A DNA stretch of 64,000 nt from Fistulifera solaris (lineage: Eukaryota), in NCBI GenBank assembly GCA_030295235.1, contig AP026128.1, positions 1,054,001 to 1,118,000 on the forward strand, read 5' to 3'. The position numbers were made by a program, and so were the translations under genes. How positions within the stretch are numbered: the stretch's first letter is position 1; each line of letters opens with the position of its first letter. This document shows positions 57,905 through 64,000 of this stretch, piece by piece. The notes beneath the pieces were generated by a model. The model made no database searches. It was not told where the DNA came from and was given only the letters and a program-made list of their open reading frames with translations.

Positions 57905-58375
57905 CGCTTTCCAGAAAATCTGGAATCGCTTGTACTGTATTGGTTCAAGCAGAGGGAGCATGAAGGGAATTCAGTCGCGGTCTCGTAGAACCAACACATT
58001 GATCCTATAGTGACAATAGCAGTCAACGATCCGGAAGCTCTTTGGGAGCTTAAATCAAGATGTTGCGTTTCAAATGAGAAGCGATAAAGGGCTTTAAATT
58101 GATAATTCATTTTGTTTTATCATTTGTGGCCGAGCTTGTCGCCGTTCCATTCGTTCTCCGTAGTTGGAGCGTGACGGAAATTCAGTCGCGTTGACTGCTA
58201 AGGTTTATTGTCGCTATTGGATCAATATGTTGGTTCTACGAGACCGCGACTGAATTTCAGTCACGCTCCTAGATATTCTGTGTGCTTGGTCAGCTCGTAC
58301 CGTACTTGTACCGTACCAAACACCCAAATTTTCTGGAAACGTCAAACCAGCACACCATATTTTCTGGAGACGTCT
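57905..58375. mobile_element. Imperfect fold-back (inverted-repeat) element, MITE-like
   Basis: 57955-58018 is the reverse complement of 58206-58269 with few mismatches. The outer TTTCCAGAAAAT (57908) mirrors ATTTTCTGGAAA (58328), and the inner TAGCAGTCAACG mirrors CGTTGACTGCTA. Confidence 0.6.
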
Positions 58376-58543
58376 AACCAGGTGAAATTTGTTTGTGCTT
58401 CGCATTTCACTTCTTTTTTTCCCCTACTTTCCTTCTTCGTCTGCATCATCGTTATCTCCGCGACAACAAAAAGAAACCCATTAATAATTTAGTAAAGTCA
58501 TATTGCTCAACTACCAGGCAATGAGAGCAAAGAAACGGCAATC

Positions 58544-59328
58544 ATGAGAGTTTTCTACATTTTCGTCCTCGTTTGCCTCGCCAGTTTAACTCGTACATCG
58601 GGTGAATCTCACCCAAGGCCGCTGTCGCCGGTCGCAAGAAACGAACCCCTCGATCATTTTCCGTTCGTTTACGACGGGAAGGAGCCAAGTTGTTCGTGCA
58701 ACGCCAAACTGAAGCATCGAATAGAGAAATACTGCTATACACTACAGGTTCCGTGATTATGGAAACTTTTGGGCTCGCTTGTATCCTTGCAATCAGCACG
58801 GCAATACCTATCCTCCGCGATTTTCCTATTATGTCCTTGCTCTTCATCATCTTTTGTTCCAGTACCATACAGAGTGCTATTTACGGCGCAACTTCATCGA
58901 TTGCCTCCAATCAAGTCCGGAGACCGACTACTGTGCCAGGAGATACTACATGGTACAACAAGCTACGTAAGCCGTTTTTCAATCCTCCGGGCTGGGTGTT
59001 CCCTGTCATGTGGCTGTTGGTGTGCAAACCGACACAATTGTTGGCGACTTTGAGACTCATGGAAAGAATTCCAACACCTTGGGTACCTCTGATTATATTC
59101 TGTGCTCACTTGTCACTTGGAGATGCTTGGAATCAAGTCTTCTTTGGTCGTCAACGGATCGGACTGGGGGCCATTGTCATTTCCGTTTTCTATGGGATGT
59201 TGGTGTTGTCTACAGCTCTTTTTTACGATTTAGATCCAACTGCCGGTCTTCTTTTACTTCCTACCTGTGCATGGGTCATGGTAGCCACGGCGCTGAACTT
59301 TGAAATTTATCGGCTGAACAAAAAGTAA
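58544..59328 (+). CDS. TSPO: TspO/MBR (translocator protein) with N-terminal extension
   Basis: WYNKLRKPFFNPPGWVFPVMW, WNQVFFG and AGLLLLPTCAWV.VATALN. A signal-like leader from ATG 58544 joins via a frameshift near 58640-58660. Confidence 0.88.
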
Positions 59329-59414
59329 ATCGCACTTGAAACAGTTATTGCATACTTTCTGATGTACACGAACTAGGTGAACTGAATTATTCTGCATTGT
59401 GTCTAGTTTATCTT

Positions 59415-62400
59415 TCAAACACTACTTTCTATGCCTGCTGCGCTCCGAAGCAATCGCTGCATCTTGGGGGCAATGTCGGAGCCAGAAGGATCGAGAGAAC
59501 CGAGTACCATGTTTTCGATCCGGGGATTGCGGAACGAAATACGTTCCAGATCTTCAGACTGATCATCGTCAACTAATTCTATTAGTTGACCGAACACCGT
59601 ATCGGCAAATAGCTTTTCGCGAAGCGTGCTATCAGAAATATCGACTTGCTGATTCAATAGCCTTTGCCATGCTGCTTCGTTAGATACAATAGACTTACAC
59701 CACACGGATGTGGCTTTCTCTTCCATTTCTGAATTACTCTCAAAAGCCGTTGCGATGGCTAGTCCAATCATGCATGCGTGAGCCTTATCGGCCGAGTCAG
59801 TAACCTGGTCTACTTTTTGCAGAGCAATCTGAAGCAATCGCTGCGGTGGCTGAAGGGGATTCTCGTTGTCCCCCATGAGCTCCTTCTGTGCCATAACTAG
59901 CTCTCTTTTCTTCTCAATGTTGCGATGAAGTTTCATCGAGTCATCCGCCTGTACGAGAGACTCCATCATGACAATTCTGTTACTGAGATTGGCAGCACTT
60001 AGCGTATTTAAGGTGTCCGACAATGCAGCATTTCCTCCATTGATTTTCTGCAGCAACGAAGCAGTGGCCGAGCTGTAGTCTTTATTGTGAATGTCTTGTA
60101 TCCACTTATACGGAGCAAGGGCTGTCTCATTCTTCATCCAGTGCGCGAGAGCTTCAGGACAGTATTTGCCATATCTCAGTGCATGACCAAAAAGACGGCG
60201 GTCAATAAACCATTTCAAGACTCCTGATCCAAACAGCAAATTGGTCGTCTTGTCGACTTGTGCAGCATTTGCTTCAAATAAAGGCTCTAAAGCAAAACTT
60301 GCACCATCGCCTCTCTGCTCATGGTCGTAAACAATTTCACAAATTCCATCGATATAGATATGTGCCACGCACAGTTCGTACAAGAGTAAATCGTTTTTCC
60401 ATGTGCTAATGCGGCGTAGTAAAGAGAAAGCCTCTTTCAGTGATTCGGTGTAAGAAGACCTAGTAACGTCATTCGGAAAAGCCATCAGATTATCCAGGCA
60501 AGTTTGAAGCCAAAATTGTACAATGGATTGGGCGACACTAGACGAAGCGACAGAATGAGACCCCCAGAATGATACCTGACGCTTCAGAATATTATGTAGC
60601 GACGGATGACTAGTCCAAACGGGGACATCAGTCAGGGATTGCACTTGAGGAAGCACGTTCGGAGGAACATCGTATGTCGCGTTAGCATGCTCGGCACGGA
60701 ACGCCAATGCGGCATCGATTCCTTCGCAGCACCATCGCAAAAATGATTCTTGCCGATCTTGCCCCCACCAGTCAAACAAATCTCCTGCAACCCCTCAAGC
60801 CATTCGGCAACACTGCCTGCTTTTAGATTTTTAATCTGATCACGTTCCCATCCGATGGTGTGATTCGAGGCGATCGCTTGCAAAGCGCTGGCTTCTTGTC
60901 CCATGGCAAGCAACTGCCAGCGACACAGAGCGGAAAGATCACGATAGCGTGCAGTTTGCTGTAAGAACTCAATAAATGCAAGATGCAACTCGACAGGCCG
61001 TGAGGGCGACGTAATGATTTCCCGTTGTTCTTGCAACAACTGTCTGGAGAAAGAAATGACTGCTTGTTCGAGATCGCCGACACTTGCATCGAGTAATGAC
61101 GGCGGTAAGCGAGGTACCTGGTCCGGGTGACTATAATTCTCCCAAAATGCTGCTTTGAGATGCATTTGCAATGTTTTGGCATGCATTCGGTTCCCCCCAG
61201 GGGACGAGCTTTTGCTAGTTTCGTCGCGTAAGGTAAAGCGTAAGCCGATTCCGGTAGCATCCCAAACAATGATACCGTACTTGACCCAATCTTTGGTAAG
61301 CGTTTCGGGTAAAATGGTAGCGACAGTTCCAGGAACGTGCACATCCAATTCGTGGACACGATCACCACTCAATGCTAGGACAACGGTCGTTCGACCCGCT
61401 TGTCCCACTCCCAATCGCACCCGTCCAGGATCCACATGAGTCGATACGATGGTGTAGGCAACATTGTTATCGGCAACTTCCAATCCAGCCACGTGCGCCT
61501 CTTGCGCCGGATCGACAAAGCGATTGAGCCGTTGCATCACTTGCAACGTTCCGTCGAGAAATCGAGCCCAATACAGGCGCGAGTTCTCATGATCTGAAAC
61601 CACCAAGAAAAGCATGTGCAACGAATTTCCTTGATACGCCGCTTGAATGACTTTGAGCATCGAGATTTCGTTCGCATGCTCTTGTGCCCGGTAGACGGGC
61701 AACAGCTGGAGTACTTCGCGGCATTCGAACAACACCCGACGGGACTCGGTATGATGCATGGTCCATTCCAAGACAGAACCGTCCGCAAACACCACTAAAA
61801 ATGTTCGATCGGTACAAGGACACACCGCCACAACCGCTTCCGAGGGCGACACGGTCGAAGCAGAAGAAGAAGTCCACAACGGAAAGAACGACGATTTCTT
61901 CTCCTCTTGGACAAGTTGCGCATGAACACTCATGGGGATGGTAGTCTGTGACACCCAGTAGACGTGTCCCTGTGACGTTCCTACCCATATACGAGGAGCC
62001 TGTCCCGCCGCAACTTGGAGAGTTGTAATCGAATCACCGTCTAGCAGAGGAATCGAAGTGTAAGTAGCGGGTGGTTGACGTTGTGTCAAGGAACGCGCAT
62101 CGAGCTGCCAGACTAGGAAGTCTCCATTATCTTTGTTTACAGCATATACAAAGGCAGTTCGTGGAGATTGTGGGTCAGTGTGTATTTTGGTAACGGTTTT
62201 GTCGTACACTAGTTTGGGGTGCACTAACGAGAGGGTAGCTAAAGAGAGCTTTTGATCCCCAAGAGTTGCCTTTGGAGGAGCATACCAGACTTTTAATTCC
62301 GTAGATAAAACAAGACAATTCCAGCGCAATCTTGCAGCTCCTGAAATATAAAAACTGTCCTCGGATAAGATACTTTCCGGCAAAGGGAAACAACATCCAT

Positions 62401-62484
62401 CGACCAAGGCACGTCAGCGGTTGGTGTCTGAATGCTGCGATGGGTTTCTGTTCCCTGCAACCTTCCGGGCGAAGAGAAGGTCAT
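59415..62484 (-). CDS. NUP133: Nucleoporin Nup133-like protein
   Basis: Beta-propeller-like N-terminal half and helical C-terminal half with L..YKWIQDIHNKDYSSA.ASL and LSAANLS; homopolymer shifts near 62385 and 60765. Confidence 0.65.
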
Positions 62485-62937
62485 TTGCTAGTCCTCTTTG
62501 ATTGATGCGGCTTTATTGTAGGGGAGGGATTGTTGTCAATGCCGTTGATAAGCCCATCACTGCTCTCCTTTCGAAGCGTCACACCATTTTCATATTGCTT
62601 GGGAGGCTCGTCGCGGCTCGCGGTGCTCTTGGCTCAATTAGATATAGTTTTCCGCTTAGTAATTTGAGTACCGCTATAGCTTTTAGCTAGCAGGATACGG
62701 TACTAAAGAATTAATCGCAAAACGTGCGACGAACGACGAACGAATGAGACGAAAATAAACGTTCGACGACAAAAATATTATGATTGACATCGTTGGCTTT
62801 TCTCTTCAAGTCCATCAACTTGTTACTCATCTCTAGGCTCTAAACTCGACTAATACACGGCCTTTCGTCGTCAAGAACCTGTCTTGGTCGTATTCGTATT
62901 GTTGCGTTGATACTTCACCAAACACTTGTCTTTAAAA

Positions 62938-64000
62938 ATGGCCCTGCGAACGATACTCGCTTACTTGTTGCTATTCACGCATTCCTCCACGGCGGGTCCG
63001 TTTGGCGGTTCAAACAACAAACAAAAATCCTCTTCTACCAGATCCAAAGACGAATTTACCACAACCTTCCTTACACGCACCTTTCTCTGTTATATCGACC
63101 ATTGTTTTGGCACAAAAAACAAAAGGTGCCGACGGCATTTCGGCGCCAACGACAGTCTCATGGGATATTCAATCGGGTTGTATGCTCGTACCGAACGGAG
63201 ACGCTCGGGAAGCTCCTCTATGGTGTGGACGCGCCCAGTGGTCATCACCCCAAAGTCTGCCGCTCTGGAATACACTGGCGTTACTCAGCGATTTGCTCAT
63301 TGTGGTCGTCGAATCGCCCGATCCAACGCCCGATCCTCCATCCGACTGTATGCAGGCACTCGTCGATGGCTTGCGACAACGCGTGCATGCGGCAGGATTA
63401 CCGAAAGGAAGATTGATTATACTGCGGAATCATCTGGCGACACTAGAAGAAATAGGAGAATGGAAGGAACATTTAGACACATCACTGGGTCTTTCTTCGA
63501 AGTTGTCACCGGAATTGTTGCAACTATTTTTCGTTTCCTCGGGAAATTCGTTTAAAGAAGCGTTGCAAGATACGATATGGGATGCAGTTCAAGCACAAGG
63601 TGTTTGTGAGATTTTGAGAAATGACGTGGAAGCATTTGCCCCTCTTTTTCAGCGGGTCTTTCATTCCAAAGGTGGTCTGCAAGAATCGAACGTGTTGGAA
63701 AAACAGGTATCACGATCGCTCTTCCCCCCGCGACTAATGAAAGAGACGGAACTTACGCCGTTTGATTTGGGATTGCGCGAATCGGCTATGGCTGCGTTAC
63801 GAATAGTACAGTCGACACAAGAACAGGCGTGTCTCGATTCGGAAAAGAGTCTGCTCGATTTTTCGTCGTTGGTAGACCCCATTTTGGATGATCTGGCTCA
63901 AAACCTGAATCTACTCTCATCACCACAAGCCAAACGAGTCATGGAAGGGCAAATACGCGAGAGAGTTATACATCTTTACGATCATCACCTGCGATCACTA
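62938..64000 (+). CDS. Signal-peptide-bearing hypothetical protein, 3' end runs off the right edge
   Basis: MALRTILAYLLLF leader. After a shift near 63050-63120, a different frame stays open to the window end (...LWNTLALLSDLLIVVV...LYDHHLRSL). Confidence 0.6.

Noticed and set aside
7200..63120. Programmed ribosomal frameshifting or mass pseudogenisation
   Set aside because: Shifts go in both directions, share no common slippery motif, sit mostly in homopolymers, and I saw no accompanying nonsense decay. Assembly error is more parsimonious.
63120..64000. RHD3/Sey1 GTPase assignment for the last gene
   Set aside because: Only a vague resemblance; no P-loop is visible and the gene is truncated by the window.

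Overview
Gene-dense eukaryotic nuclear DNA, most consistent with a pennate diatom (short GT-AG introns, signal peptides followed by Phe-type plastid motifs, a signal-peptide-bearing Ufd1, diatom-type kinases); the species cannot be fixed from sequence alone. About 30 protein-coding genes are recognisable. They include an ADP/ATP carrier, Ufd1, a kinesin, an SNase-type nuclease, aspartate aminotransferase, two tandem alpha-kinases, an SBDS-N/Rtc3-like protein, a CC2D1-like protein, a CENP-L-like protein, a GT61 glycosyltransferase, RPLP2, an NCA2/DGS1-like protein, glucose-6-phosphate 1-epimerase, a PUB-UBX protein, MER3/HFM1, VPS15, a divergent IGPS, a multi-Tudor protein, TSPO and Nup133. Many genes are split by single-base indels, mostly in homopolymers, which look like assembly errors. 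The most interesting signal is non-coding and forms a linked repeat system. (i) A ~25-bp palindromic motif (GACTG-N5-CAGTC core) recurs in many intergenic regions. (ii) A 230-bp ABAB satellite carries that motif and is interrupted by a 207-bp non-autonomous Helitron whose empty site is preserved in a sister copy. (iii) A 34-bp minisatellite lies upstream of the alpha-kinases. (iv) A ~440-bp fold-back element at 57.9-58.4 kb contains both the palindrome and the minisatellite motif. All family calls come from motif recognition by eye; no database searches were run.
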